A stretch of 64,000 nucleotides of DNA, taken from contig OZ250183.1 of assembly GCA_965238225.1 (NCBI GenBank), forward strand, positions 320,001 to 384,000, read 5' to 3'. The notes below the pieces were generated by a model. That model ran no database searches and was not told where the DNA came from. It saw nothing but the letters and a program-made list of their open reading frames with translations. The stretch comes from Gammaproteobacteria bacterium (GTDB lineage: Bacteria; Pseudomonadota; Gammaproteobacteria; Eutrophobiales; Eutrophobiaceae). Position 1 is the stretch's first letter; each line of letters starts with the position of its first letter. Made by a program: the position numbers and the translations under genes. Shown here piece after piece: positions 22,464-33,259 of this stretch.

Positions 22464-23231
22464 ATGAGAATAATGACATTAAATGCCAACGGTATTCGTG
22501 CGGCACATAGGAAAGGATTTTTTGAGTGGATGTTAAGACAGGATGTTGATGTAGTTTGCATACAAGAAACCAAGGCACAGACGCATCAATTATCAGAAGA
22601 GATATTATTGCCTAATGGGTATGTCGGATTTTTCAGTGATGCTGAAAAAAAAGGCTATAGTGGCGTGGCTATTTATAGCAGGCATAAGCCTGATGAGATA
22701 AAGACAACATTAGGTTGGCATCATGCAGATGCGGAAGGCAGGTACATTCAAGCTGACTTTGGGAATTTGAGCATTATCTCTCTTTATTTACCTTCTGGAT
22801 CTTCTAGCGCGGAAAGGCAAATTATTAAATTTGACTTCATGGAGAGACTTATGCCTGTTTTGGAAAAGTATAATAAACAGAGCAGAGATTACATTATCTG
22901 CGGTGATTGGAATATCGCCCATAAGGAAATTGATTTAAAAAACTGGAAAGGCAATAAGAAAAACTCTGGATTCCTACCTGAGGAACGCGCATGGATGGAC
23001 ACACTGTTTTATGTTGTCGGGATGGCGGATGCGTTTCGTGAGGTCAATCAGGAGGAAAATCAATATACATGGTGGTCAAACAGAGGGCAGGCATGGGCTA
23101 AGAATGTGGGTTGGCGCATTGATTATCAGATAGTTTCCTCCAGCCTGACCGAAAAGATCGCATCTGCTGAAATATTTAAAGAAAACCGTTTTTCAGATCA
23201 TGCACCACTTACCATGGTGTATGATATTTAA
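22464..23231 (+). CDS. xth: Exodeoxyribonuclease III family protein (ExoA/Crc-like)
   Basis: NANGIRAA, CIQETK, GYSGVA, GDWNIAH, YTWWSNRG, GWRIDY, SDHAP. Confidence 0.93.
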   Translation: MRIMTLNANGIRAAHRKGFFEWMLRQDVDVVCIQETKAQTHQLSEEILLPNGYVGFFSDAEKKGYSGVAIYSRHKPDEIKTTLGWHHADAEGRYIQADFGNLSIISLYLPSGSSSAERQIIKFDFMERLMPVLEKYNKQSRDYIICGDWNIAHKEIDLKNWKGNKKNSGFLPEERAWMDTLFYVVGMADAFREVNQEENQYTWWSNRGQAWAKNVGWRIDYQIVSSSLTEKIASAEIFKENRFSDHAPLTMVYDI

Positions 23232-23286
23232 GCCAATGCGGGATTAATATTTCGGGGAAAACAGCTGTAGTTATCCAAGACCATGG

Positions 23287-23739
23287 CTATTCAGTATGAA
23301 ACTGTTCCTGAAACGAAAGCTTGTAAGGTATTTTATTTCCTTCTGGGGTGATTTCGAGCTTGTATTTTAGTATCTCAGCATTATCTACGAGTGTATCGGT
23401 AATATAATATATGGCACCCTTTTCTGAAATCTCACGAAAGCTTAACTCTCTAAGCTGCTGACTCAAATTTGTTGTTGTGCCTTTAATGGTTGCTCTCATT
23501 GGTGTATTTGAGCCATCTGCTGTTTTCTTGAGTATAGATACATTTAATAATGCGCGTTTTTTGCTACGTGGAATATTATATTGCCTAGCTATGGCAGCAG
23601 TTAAGCTGTCCGTTGTAAAGGCACTATAATGTATAGTGTAATCACCAAATACCTGTGCTTGTTCAGCCTGTGCCACTAGGGCAACAGCCAGTAAAAACAA
23701 ACCTATAAAGATGAATTTGCTTGTTGCTTTGATTGCCAA
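23287..23739 (-). CDS. DUF4426 periplasmic protein
   Basis: Signal peptide, FGDYTIHYSAF, YNIPRSK, LLNVS, GAIYYI. Confidence 0.85.
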   Translation of the reverse strand: MAIKATSKFIFIGLFLLAVALVAQAEQAQVFGDYTIHYSAFTTDSLTAAIARQYNIPRSKKRALLNVSILKKTADGSNTPMRATIKGTTTNLSQQLRELSFREISEKGAIYYITDTLVDNAEILKYKLEITPEGNKIPYKLSFQEQFHTE

Positions 23740-24211
23740 TTTTGATGCGTGTTCGTAAGTTATTGATTATATTCCGCCATCGCCATAATAACATTAATTG
23801 CCTATGCCGAATCAACTCCACACTGCCTACACTAATAGCATATACGCCTTGTGTCAAAAATTCTGTGGCCTTTTAGGCCTTTTTGCTTGCGCTGTCGTTC
23901 GCTCTTGGCAATTTTTCGGGAAATAATTGCCCTAGGGAGTAATTGCCTGTGCCGCCGCAGAGATAAATTAATGCATGCAGTGAGCATTTTAGCAGCGAGT
24001 ATTGAGGCGCGTTTGTCATAAAGAGTACAATTTTTTATAACACAGTGCAGTATATTTCACTTCACTATGGCCTAAATCAAAACCGTAAGTTGCAATTTTT
24101 GCCAAACATTAAAGAAAAACACACTGTGTTGGACGATATATTAATCATTACCGAATGAAAAAATAGCTTACAATCTCCACCTTCACAAATAAAAACAACA
24201 ACAGTATACAT

Positions 24212-25060
24212 ATGCCGCATATAAAAAAACATCGTTTCAATAAACATCAAAAATCTGGATCGTCAAAAAAGACTATGTCGGACAAAGCAGATATTAATGT
24301 TCTTTATGAGAAATCTGTTCAGTGTATTGAGTCAGAAATAGATTTTATTGATGAGACATTTCAAAAACTTCGTGGTCGTAAAGCAAGATTATTAAGGGAA
24401 GATTTTTGTGGTACCGCGAATACTTCATGCGAGTGGATACGGCGACGGAAAACAAACAAAGTCATCGCTGTTGACTTAAACGCAGAAGTCCTTGAATGGA
24501 GCCGTAAACACAAGGTAGGAAAATTAACTGAGGAACAGGCAAAACGAGTAGCTTTAATAAACGATAATGTCATGACTGTTAAAACCGGCAAGGTCGATAC
24601 TGCCTGTGCGATGAATTTTAGCTACTGGATCTTTGAAGATCGCCCTACCATGATTAAGTATTTTAAGGGAATATATAACACACTTATCGATGACGGGATT
24701 TTTTTTCTTGATGCCTTCGGTGGGTATGAGGCCTATCAAGAAATGAAGGAGCGCACAGATCATGATAAATTCACCTACATCTGGGATCAGGCGAGCTATA
24801 ATCCTATCACTGGTCATTGCCAATGTTATATACATTTCAAATTTAAGGATGGCTCTAAAATAAACAAAGCCTTCAGCTATGAATGGCGCCTATGGAGTTT
24901 GCCAGAAATCACTGAAATGCTCACAGAAGCAGGTTTTAAGGCTACGGTTTACTGGGAAGGGACAGACGAAGATACTGGTGAAGGCGACGGCATTTTTATT
25001 CCGGCAACTGAAGGTGAAGCCGATGCTGGTTGGATTGCCTATATTGTTGCAGAAAAATAG
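24212..25060 (+). CDS. Class I SAM-dependent methyltransferase of unknown substrate
   Basis: LREDFCGTA motif I, AVDLN, NFSYW, FFLDAFGG, YEWRLWSLPE. Confidence 0.82.
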   Translation: MPHIKKHRFNKHQKSGSSKKTMSDKADINVLYEKSVQCIESEIDFIDETFQKLRGRKARLLREDFCGTANTSCEWIRRRKTNKVIAVDLNAEVLEWSRKHKVGKLTEEQAKRVALINDNVMTVKTGKVDTACAMNFSYWIFEDRPTMIKYFKGIYNTLIDDGIFFLDAFGGYEAYQEMKERTDHDKFTYIWDQASYNPITGHCQCYIHFKFKDGSKINKAFSYEWRLWSLPEITEMLTEAGFKATVYWEGTDEDTGEGDGIFIPATEGEADAGWIAYIVAEK

Positions 25061-25076
25061 CCATTCAACGTCCATT

Positions 25077-25103
25077 AAAAGCGCAGAAAATCTGGCGTTT
25101 TTT
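25077..25103 (+). terminator. Probable intrinsic terminator
   Basis: Imperfect hairpin aaaagcgcaga...tctggcgtttttt immediately after the methyltransferase stop. Confidence 0.45.
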
Positions 25104-25140
25104 GTAATTTTGTTATATATCCAAAAAACAAGAGCTCATC

Positions 25141-25554
25141 ATGAAAAAAATAATTCTTGCAGTCGTTTTATTAGTAACGCTAGCACTATTTTTTTCTCTG
25201 ACTAATTTACAATTTAATCAAGACGCAATGCCCCCTAATATCAACAAGCCAGAATCATGGTATTCTGATAACTGGTGTAAATCTAATGGCGGAGAATCAG
25301 AGGTAGTACTTTCAGATGGAACACGTGCTGATTGTGTAACTGAAAACCAGGCTATAGAGTTTGATTTTACAAAAAAACCATACGAATGCACAGGGCAAGC
25401 TCTTCATTACGCAAACAAAACTGGAAAAAATCCACTTTGTATCCTTATTCAAAGAGAAGGAACTAGTATGGAAAAAGTTTCTCGTGCTGTTCAGCGCGTT
25501 AGTGTGCCTGTAAAATGTATGTCTTCCTTAGGCGTAATTGTAAATTGCCCCTAA
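25141..25554 (+). CDS. Exported small protein with PD-(D/E)XK-like motifs
   Basis: Hydrophobic N-terminal leader; EVVLSDGTRADC...AIEFD...GQALHYANKTGK pattern. Confidence 0.65.
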   Translation: MKKIILAVVLLVTLALFFSLTNLQFNQDAMPPNINKPESWYSDNWCKSNGGESEVVLSDGTRADCVTENQAIEFDFTKKPYECTGQALHYANKTGKNPLCILIQREGTSMEKVSRAVQRVSVPVKCMSSLGVIVNCP

Positions 25555-25612
25555 AACCAACATCCTTCACAATCACATAAAGACTTGGCAGTATCTCACA
25601 GCTGTTGCGCAC

Positions 25613-26455
25613 TCAAAGACGAGTATTTTGAATACTAGTCCACAAGGAAAATAACTCCCGCAATTTCTCTCCTGGATTTTCGGCGTTCATGAACGCTTCG
25701 CCGATAAGAAAACCATCAACACCGTGTTTGCACATGGTTTTAATATCATCAACGGTGTTAATACCGCTTTCAGTAATCACTATGCGATCATGAAAAACAT
25801 CAGGTAATAAATCGATGGTTGTTTCAATATCAGTTGTAAAGGTGTGTAAGTTGCGATTATTTATTCCGATTAAAGGTGTACGTAACATTAAACCGCGTTC
25901 AAGTTCTTCACGGTTATGAATTTCGACAAGGACATCCAGCCCGATTTCAGTCGCAATGCCGGTGAGTTCTTGAATCTGTGTATCAGACAGGGCAGAGACG
26001 ATAACAAGGATACAGTCAGCACCTAAAACTCTAGATTCGTAAATTTGATAAGGGTCAATCATAAAATCTTTTCGTAGTACAGGCAATGTACAGGCAGCTC
26101 GAGCGCTTTGCATCGCTTCATCCGAACCTTGAAAAAAATCTAGGTCAGTAAGTACAGATAAACATGTCGCGCCTGCTTTCTCATAAGACTGTGCAATTAA
26201 TTCAGGATCAAAATTTTTACAAATGACCCCTTTGCTTGGTGAGGCTTTTTTAATTTCTGCAATGATAGCTGCACGACCTTCACTAATTGATTGCTCAATT
26301 GCTATCTTGAAACCCCGTGTTGGCAGGCAATCACGAGCTCTGTGTTTTAATTCCTGCTCCGATTTTTTTAACTTGCGCTCACTAATTTCCTCAACTTTAC
26401 GAGACAAGATTTTCTTCAGGATATCAGGTGTATTTTGCGCTGTGGTTTGCAACAT
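25613..26455 (-). CDS. trpC: Indole-3-glycerol phosphate synthase
   Basis: IAEIKKASPSKG, LSVLTD, LRKDF, GINNRNL, TESGI. Confidence 0.97.
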   Translation of the reverse strand: MLQTTAQNTPDILKKILSRKVEEISERKLKKSEQELKHRARDCLPTRGFKIAIEQSISEGRAAIIAEIKKASPSKGVICKNFDPELIAQSYEKAGATCLSVLTDLDFFQGSDEAMQSARAACTLPVLRKDFMIDPYQIYESRVLGADCILVIVSALSDTQIQELTGIATEIGLDVLVEIHNREELERGLMLRTPLIGINNRNLHTFTTDIETTIDLLPDVFHDRIVITESGINTVDDIKTMCKHGVDGFLIGEAFMNAENPGEKLRELFSLWTSIQNTRL

Positions 26456-26486
26456 GACTAAACAATTAAATTGATATCAATATTTT

Positions 26487-27503
26487 CTAGAAAGATTGTG
26501 TAAGCTTTATTAGTTCATTAAATTTAGATTTAGCCGATCCATTTTCAATCACACGTTTTGCAGATTCAATACCTGCCATTAGAGTATCCTCGATACCCGC
26601 GGTATAAATGGCCGCACCTGCATTTAGTAACACAATATTTTGAGCGGGGCCAACTTGATTATCTAGAACCTCATGCATTACTTTCAGACTGTCTGCGACA
26701 TTTTTAACTACCAATGTGTTGATATGAGCACGGTCAATACCGAATTGTTCTGGTTCAATTTTATATGTTTTAATTTCGCCAGCTTTCAATTCGGCGATGT
26801 TGGTTGGCGCCGAAATACTGATTTCATCCATACCATCTTCTGAATGCACAACCATCACTTGTTCGCTGCCGAGATTTTTCAGAACATTCGCTAATGTTTC
26901 CAACAAATCATAACCAGATACACCTAGTAGCTGTCTTTTTGCAGCAGCAGGATTAGTGAGCGGGCCAAGCACATTGAACACGGTGCGTACGCCAAGTTCT
27001 TTGCGTGCGCCTATGGCATGTTTCATGGCATTGTGATGCATAGGCGCAAACATAAAACCGATGCCAGTTTTCTCAATACATTGCACTATCTGCTTCGGCG
27101 TAAGTTCAAGTTTTATGCCAGCAGCTTCTAATACATCGGCACTGCCAGATTTGCTAGAGACAGAACGGTTTCCATGTTTGGCTACGTGACCTCCTGCTGC
27201 GGCAAGGACAAAGGCAGCTGTGGTTGATATATTGAAAGTACTGAATCCATCACCGCCCGTGCCACAGGTATCAATCAAATTATCATGATTGATATGTACA
27301 CTACTAGCCAATTCTCGCATAACACGAGCGGCTGTAGTAATTTCATCAATCGTCTCACCTTTACTCCGTAGCCCAACTAGGAAGCCTGCTATCTGGGCAT
27401 CAGTACATTCGCCAGCCATTATGTTATTCATGACGCTACGCATCTCATCATCACTGAGATTAGTTTTATTAATTACCGTCTGTATCGCCTTTTGAATATC
27501 CAC
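26487..27503 (-). CDS. trpD: Anthranilate phosphoribosyltransferase
   Basis: DTCGTGGDG, KHGNRSVSSKSGSADVLE. Confidence 0.97.
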   Translation of the reverse strand: MDIQKAIQTVINKTNLSDDEMRSVMNNIMAGECTDAQIAGFLVGLRSKGETIDEITTAARVMRELASSVHINHDNLIDTCGTGGDGFSTFNISTTAAFVLAAAGGHVAKHGNRSVSSKSGSADVLEAAGIKLELTPKQIVQCIEKTGIGFMFAPMHHNAMKHAIGARKELGVRTVFNVLGPLTNPAAAKRQLLGVSGYDLLETLANVLKNLGSEQVMVVHSEDGMDEISISAPTNIAELKAGEIKTYKIEPEQFGIDRAHINTLVVKNVADSLKVMHEVLDNQVGPAQNIVLLNAGAAIYTAGIEDTLMAGIESAKRVIENGSAKSKFNELIKLTQSF

Positions 27504-27537
27504 TTATAATGTCTATGGGTAAATATCTATGGGGAAG

Positions 27538-28134
27538 TTAACCATTATCAGTCTTTAGGAAATTCTTCAGTAATTCATGACCATATGAGGTCAGAATTGA
27601 CTCTGGATGAAACTGCACGCCTGAGATGCTATATTCTTTATGTCTTATACCCATGATTTCATCAACTCCACCTTGCTTAGTTTGAGTCCATGCCGTGACT
27701 CCAAAACAATCAGGCAAGGTTGTCTGTTCGATGACCAATGAGTGATAACGTGTTGCGGTGAATGGATTATCTAGGCCAGAAAACACATCACTATTATTAT
27801 GATAAATCTTAGAGGTTTTTCCGTGCATAATTTCCTTCGCATGGATAATCTTTCCGCCAAAGGCCTGTCCAATACTCTGGTGACCAAGGCAAACACCAAA
27901 CAAAGGTAATTTATTTTTGAAGTGTTTAATCAAATCGAGAGAGATGCCAGCTTTATTGGGTGTGCATGGGCCAGGTGAAATAACGATGTGTTCGGGATTA
28001 AGCGCTTCAATTTCGGCAATGCTAATTTTATCATTGCGGTAGACGAGTATCTCCTCGCCCAGCTCGCCAAAATATTGAACCAAGTTGTAGGTAAAAGAAT
28101 CGTAGTTGTCTATCATCAATAACATAATGAACAC
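27538..28134 (-). CDS. trpG: Anthranilate synthase component II (glutamine amidotransferase)
   Basis: [28 protein letters not shown]. Confidence 0.95.
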   Translation of the reverse strand: MFIMLLMIDNYDSFTYNLVQYFGELGEEILVYRNDKISIAEIEALNPEHIVISPGPCTPNKAGISLDLIKHFKNKLPLFGVCLGHQSIGQAFGGKIIHAKEIMHGKTSKIYHNNSDVFSGLDNPFTATRYHSLVIEQTTLPDCFGVTAWTQTKQGGVDEIMGIRHKEYSISGVQFHPESILTSYGHELLKNFLKTDNG

Positions 28135-28168
28135 ATCTTGTTTAATTAATCAGGTTAATTAAGCTATC

Positions 28169-29641
28169 TTAATTTAAACCTTTTTCGGCCATAGTCACAG
28201 CTTTGAAAATGGCGCGGCCTTTATCCATTGTTTCATTCCATTCATTCTCAGACACGGAATCTGCAACGATGCCTGCACCAGCTTGAATGTACAATATATT
28301 ATCCTTAATCACTGCCGTGCGTATAGCAATAGCGGTGTCCATGTCGCCATTCCATGACAGGTAACCAACGGCTCCGGCATAAATACCACGTTTCACAGGC
28401 TCTAGTTCGTCTATGATCTCCATAGCTCTTATTTTAGGCGCTCCTGAAACTGTGCCAGCAGGGAAGGTTGCTCTGAAAACATCAATGGCGGTATGTTCGC
28501 TTTTAAGTGTGCCAACTACATTAGAAACGATATGCATCACATGTGAATAGCGTTCAACAATCATTCTATCTGTGACCTTGACGCTGCCTACTTCAGCAAC
28601 GTGTCCTGTGTCGTTACGGCCGAGGTCGATTAACATTAGATGTTCTGCCAATTCTTTTGGATCAGCAAGCAACTCTTGTTCCATTGCTAAATCTTCTTTG
28701 GTATCAGCGCCACGGCGACGAGTGCCTGCAATCGGGCGAACAGTAACTTCATTATCTTCCAGACGCACCAGCATTTCAGGTGAAGAGCCGATAATGTAAA
28801 AATCTTTTAAATTCAGATAAAACATATAAGGCGAAGGATTCAAACAACGCAAGGCACGATATAAATCAATCGGTTGTGCGTTAAATGGAATTGATAGTCG
28901 TTGTGAAAGCACCACCTGCATGGCATCGCCTTCGACAATATAGTCTTTAATACGGTTTACGCCTTGCTGAAATCCTTCTTGGGTGAATCCAGAAATAAAA
29001 TCTTTTTCATCAACACTTCGCGCATTTTTATTTGGCGTATCGACCATGGTAATCGTTAACTTCTTGGCAAGCGCATCAAGTCTTCTCTCTGCGTTTTTAT
29101 AAGCATCGCTTTGTTTCGGGTTTGCATGAACAATGATGTGCAGTTTGCCGCTTAGATTATCAAACACGATTAGCTCTTCTGAAACCATTAATAATATATC
29201 TGGGCACTGTAGTGGGTCATCTTTGTCGCCAATATCCAGACGTGTTTCAATATAGCGAACACAGCCATAACCAAAGTAACCGACCATGCCACCAGAAAAT
29301 CTTGAGATTCCTGTAATCTCAGGCACACGGAATTGTTGATGATAAGATTCCACTGCTTGCAATGGATCCTCGACGGTTTCTTGTTTGATTATTTTTCCGC
29401 CTTTTTCTATTGACAGTTGGTGACCAGATACACGGAAAATGGTGTCAGAACCCAGACCAATAATGGAATAACGACCCCATTTTTCACCACCGTGAATAGA
29501 TTCTAATAAGTAAGAATAAGGTTGGTCGGCTAGTTTTTTGTAGGCACTCAAGGGCGTGTCCATATCTGCAAGCACTTCTCGCATCAACGGAATCCGGTTG
29601 TAATTTTCTTGTGCAAGTTGTTTGAATTGTTCTGGTGTCAT
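28169..29641 (-). CDS. trpE: Anthranilate synthase component I
   Basis: LLES...[36 protein letters not shown]. Confidence 0.97.
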   Translation of the reverse strand: MTPEQFKQLAQENYNRIPLMREVLADMDTPLSAYKKLADQPYSYLLESIHGGEKWGRYSIIGLGSDTIFRVSGHQLSIEKGGKIIKQETVEDPLQAVESYHQQFRVPEITGISRFSGGMVGYFGYGCVRYIETRLDIGDKDDPLQCPDILLMVSEELIVFDNLSGKLHIIVHANPKQSDAYKNAERRLDALAKKLTITMVDTPNKNARSVDEKDFISGFTQEGFQQGVNRIKDYIVEGDAMQVVLSQRLSIPFNAQPIDLYRALRCLNPSPYMFYLNLKDFYIIGSSPEMLVRLEDNEVTVRPIAGTRRRGADTKEDLAMEQELLADPKELAEHLMLIDLGRNDTGHVAEVGSVKVTDRMIVERYSHVMHIVSNVVGTLKSEHTAIDVFRATFPAGTVSGAPKIRAMEIIDELEPVKRGIYAGAVGYLSWNGDMDTAIAIRTAVIKDNILYIQAGAGIVADSVSENEWNETMDKGRAIFKAVTMAEKGLN

Positions 29642-29647
29642 CTTCAG

Positions 29648-30343
29648 CTACTTTTGATTAAAAAAAATATTTGTAAGCTCTGCCAGTGAATCGACCACAT
29701 GGTCTGGACTAGCGAGGCGAATATCCTGACCGAGATTATACCCATAGCTGACACATAAAACTTGAAACCCAGCATTACGCGCCGCCATGATATCAGTGAT
29801 TGAGTCACCCACCATTAAAGCCTGTGCGGGGCTAACGCCAAAATGTTGTGCTGTATGTAAAAGTGGCAGGGGGTCAGGCTTTTTCTTTGCTGTGGTATCG
29901 CCGCTTATAATAATCCCAAACACTCTGTAAATATCTAGGGTTTCAAGAATAATTTTTGTAAAACAGCCCGTTTTATTCGTGACAAGCCCAAGTTTAAAAT
30001 TATTGCTGACGAGATAGTTAAGCCCCTCCCTGACACCAGCATAGAGCTTGCTACGCTTGCATGTATTTTCTTTGTAATAGTCTATGAATATGGGTAAAGC
30101 CTTCTTCAAAAGCGAAGCCTCTAGTTTTTTGGAGAAATTATTGGGCACAAAATTACTGCTTAGGCCGCGTTTGACCAATTCTTCAATACCACTACCGACC
30201 CAGCCTCTAACGTTTGTTTCGCCTGCTTTTGGCAGGGAAAGCTCTTGTAACATTTTGTCCAGGCAATAAGCCAAGTCAGGCACGGTATCGACTAAAGTGC
30301 CATCTAGATCCAGCAATACCATTTTGGGATAATTTAAAGACAT
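29648..30343 (-). CDS. gph: Phosphoglycolate phosphatase
   Basis: HAD motif DLDGTLVD, KKPDP, MVGDS; lies between rpe and trpE. Confidence 0.93.
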   Translation of the reverse strand: MSLNYPKMVLLDLDGTLVDTVPDLAYCLDKMLQELSLPKAGETNVRGWVGSGIEELVKRGLSSNFVPNNFSKKLEASLLKKALPIFIDYYKENTCKRSKLYAGVREGLNYLVSNNFKLGLVTNKTGCFTKIILETLDIYRVFGIIISGDTTAKKKPDPLPLLHTAQHFGVSPAQALMVGDSITDIMAARNAGFQVLCVSYGYNLGQDIRLASPDHVVDSLAELTNIFFNQK

Positions 30344-30362
30344 GAAACGTCACAAGTGGGAT

Positions 30363-31031
30363 TTATAAATTGCTCAACTCAGCACGCATAGCATTGATTG
30401 TTGTTTGGTAATCGTCACTGCCAAAGATAGCAGAACCTGCAACAAAGGTATCTGCGCCAGCTGCAGCAATTTCACGAATATTATCAATCTTGACACCACC
30501 ATCGATTTCAAGACGGATGTCATGGCCGCTGTTATCAATGATTTGACGCGCCTTTTTTAGTTTATCCAAAACAGAAGGGATAAATGACTGACCCCCAAAA
30601 CCAGGGTTGACCGACATGAGTAACACCATATCCACACGGTTAATGATATCACTTAGGATATCCAGAGGTGTCTCAGGGTTAAACGCGATTCCTGATTTAC
30701 AACCGTTTTCATGGATGAGTTGTAAGCTTTCATCCATACGCTTGCTGGCTTCTGGATGAAAAGTGATATAGCTTGCACCTGCTTTGGCAAAATCAGGAAT
30801 TATTCGGTCAACTGGTTTCACCATTAAGTGAACATCCAGCGGTGCCTCGATGCCATAATCGCGTAAAGCCTTAACAATCACTGAACCAAAAGTCAGATTA
30901 GGGACATAGTGATTATCCATTACATCAATATGGATAAAATCTGCGCCCGCAGCTAATACCTTGGCAGTGTCATCACCCAAACGCGCCATATCTGCTGATA
31001 ATATTGAAGGGGCAATGATGTGGCCAGTCAT
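30363..31031 (-). CDS. rpe: Ribulose-phosphate 3-epimerase
   Basis: [29 protein letters not shown]. Confidence 0.97.
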   Translation of the reverse strand: MTGHIIAPSILSADMARLGDDTAKVLAAGADFIHIDVMDNHYVPNLTFGSVIVKALRDYGIEAPLDVHLMVKPVDRIIPDFAKAGASYITFHPEASKRMDESLQLIHENGCKSGIAFNPETPLDILSDIINRVDMVLLMSVNPGFGGQSFIPSVLDKLKKARQIIDNSGHDIRLEIDGGVKIDNIREIAAAGADTFVAGSAIFGSDDYQTTINAMRAELSNL

Positions 31032-31326
31032 AAAATTTAGTTATAGCTTGAATTAATTAACTCTGTTGAAAACAGAGTGAAACTTTACCCTATTGTGGCA
31101 ATGATAGCCACTCACGTTGCGGATTAAAATGTGAACCTAATGTGAACTTGAGAAATATAAATTAAAGTATTATTAATATTTGGTGCTTATTGGTAAGTCG
31201 TTAATTTTTATCGTTTTAGTTTATTATCATCAAATTTCTTCAATACAATGAAAAAAGTGTATGATTAATGCATATCGAATTATAAAATAACATGATTAAT
31301 TGATAGATAATTGAAGGAGAAAAATT

Positions 31327-32256
31327 ATGGAAGGATTTATATTTGTTTTGCTGGCGCTGGTCTTTGTTGGCTTTTTAAAAGCGGTCAATACAGTTACTCA
31401 AGGCTATGAATATACAGTCGAGCGTTTTGGGAAATATACAAGAACGTTGTCTCCGGGCTTGCATTTTATCGTACCTTTTCTCGATGCAATCGGCACCAAG
31501 ATGAATATGATGGAGTCTGTGATGGAAGTGCCTTCTCAGGAAGTCATTACCAAAGACAATGCCATGATTCGGGTCGATGGTGTGGTTTTCTTCCAAGTTC
31601 TAAATGCAGCGCAGGCAGCTTATGAAGTAAATGATCTGACCAGAGCGATATTAAATTTAACCATGACCAATATTCGTACAGTGATGGGTTCAATGGATCT
31701 GGATGAGTTATTGTCAAAAAGAGATACTATCAATGCGCAGTTACTTGCTGTTGTTGATGAAGCCACAGGACCTTGGGGCGTTAAGGTTACGCGTATTGAA
31801 ATTAAAGATATTACACCGCCACAGGATCTGGTCGAATCTATGGCCAGACAAATGAAAGCAGAGCGAGACAAGCGTGCAAATATTCTTGAGGCAGAAGGGT
31901 TTAAGCAAGCCGAAATTCTCAAAGCAGATGGCGAGAAAAGAGCCGCCATTCTTGAGGCAGAAGGTCGCAAGGAATCAGCTTTTCGTGATGCAGAAGCTAG
32001 AGAAAGAGAGGCACAAGCAGAAGCTAAGGCAACCAGAGATGTGTCTAATGCGATTGCATCAGGCAATATTCATGCGATTAACTATTTTGTTGCAAACAAG
32101 TATATTGAAGCATTAAAAGATATTGCAGTTGCACCGAATCAGAAAGTGATCTTAATGCCGTTGGAAGCCAGCAATGTAATAGGCGCACTTGGAGGTATTA
32201 GCGAAATTGCCAAAGAAACATTTGGACGGGGATCATCTCCTACAAACAAAAATTAA
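31327..32256 (+). CDS. qmcA: SPFH/band 7 family protein (QmcA-like)
   Basis: [36 protein letters not shown]; paired with a NfeD gene. Confidence 0.9.
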   Translation: MEGFIFVLLALVFVGFLKAVNTVTQGYEYTVERFGKYTRTLSPGLHFIVPFLDAIGTKMNMMESVMEVPSQEVITKDNAMIRVDGVVFFQVLNAAQAAYEVNDLTRAILNLTMTNIRTVMGSMDLDELLSKRDTINAQLLAVVDEATGPWGVKVTRIEIKDITPPQDLVESMARQMKAERDKRANILEAEGFKQAEILKADGEKRAAILEAEGRKESAFRDAEAREREAQAEAKATRDVSNAIASGNIHAINYFVANKYIEALKDIAVAPNQKVILMPLEASNVIGALGGISEIAKETFGRGSSPTNKN

Positions 32257-32287
32257 TGACGAGGTTGATTAGTAGAAGGTAATTTCT

Positions 32288-32734
32288 ATGGAATGGATGA
32301 ATAATATTATATATTGGCATTGGCTAATTTTTGCCATTGTCTTGATCATTTTGGAAATACTTATTCCTGGTGCTTATCTTATATGGATGGGTGTTGCATC
32401 AATTGTTATGGGTATCTTGATGTGTATCTTCCCGCATATGCCGATATTAGCTCAGGTTTTAATCTTTTCGATTTTATCTGTAATTATTGTGATGATGTAC
32501 AGAATATATAAAAAGAAAAATCCAGCGGTCACAAGCGAACCTGCATTAAATCGTCGAGGGGAACAATACTTAGGTAGAGATTTTACCTTAACTGAACCTA
32601 TTGTAGGTGGCTTAGGTAAAATAAAAGTTGATGATTCAACCTGGAAAATTTCTGGTATGGATGTGCCCGCAGGCGCGACCATTCGTGTTGTTTCTGTAGA
32701 GGGTGCGATATTAAAAGTAGAGGCCGTGAATTAG
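32288..32734 (+). CDS. NfeD family membrane protein (YbbJ-like)
   Basis: N-terminal TM helices, LNRRGEQYLG and C-terminal OB-fold; follows the SPFH gene. Confidence 0.88.
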   Translation: MEWMNNIIYWHWLIFAIVLIILEILIPGAYLIWMGVASIVMGILMCIFPHMPILAQVLIFSILSVIIVMMYRIYKKKNPAVTSEPALNRRGEQYLGRDFTLTEPIVGGLGKIKVDDSTWKISGMDVPAGATIRVVSVEGAILKVEAVN

Positions 32735-32838
32735 AGACACACAAATGTGAACTCATGAATTGACAATAACAGTTTTTTTCAGGATTAAAGTGGTTGTCGA
32801 TATAGCGGTGTGAGCGTATCTTTGTATTATTCAGTGTA

Positions 32839-33144
32839 TCATTTATCAGACAGGAATTTATTCGTCAGACTTAGGCGCGCAAAGAGTATTTTTCTCTTAA
32901 ATGAAGTGAGATTTGCACCGTGCTTACTTCCCTTAGTTAAGCGTTGCCGGAGACTTGCCAGATTCAGTTTCCCATTTTTTTTGAGTAATTCCCACGCTTG
33001 TTTATAAGATGTGCAGCTTTTAAAGCTGCACCCTTTAAAGCTCCATGTTCTATGATGCTCTAGTAAGTAAAACAATGTTTTTTTCAATAAGATTTGCCGA
33101 TTTTTTTCTCCGTAAAACCAACTTGGTCTAAACAAAATATGCAT
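32839..33144 (-). pseudogene. Degraded ModE-type winged-HTH regulator
   Basis: SYKQAWELL...GANLTSF resembles the ModE N-terminal HTH (SYxxAWxxL...GAxLT); internal segments look garbled and no ligand-binding domain follows. Confidence 0.6.
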
Positions 33145-33171
33145 TTAATAAGCTATTTAAAATTATTCTTA

Positions 33172-33191
33172 TACCGTACTATGATACGGTA
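33172..33191. promoter_or_regulatory. Perfect inverted repeat TACCGTA-N6-TACGGTA, putative operator
   Basis: Lies in the divergent intergenic region between the ModE-like remnant and the porin gene. Confidence 0.45.
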
Positions 33192-33259
33192 GTACCGTTA
33201 GTAAATATGAAAATAAAAACATATTACAAAAATAGAAATAAAGCAGATGTAAATTAAAG

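Noticed and set aside
23740-24200. metW/metX remnant upstream of DUF4426
   Set aside because: Expected from synteny and the DNA looks decayed, but I could not recover a convincing motif.
25613-29641. trp operon lacking trpF, trpB and trpA
   Set aside because: Split trpEGDC and trpFBA clusters are normal in many non-enteric Gammaproteobacteria.
31620-32066. 148-aa antisense ORF within the SPFH gene
   Set aside because: Shadow ORF of an Ala/Glu-rich coiled coil with no independent features.
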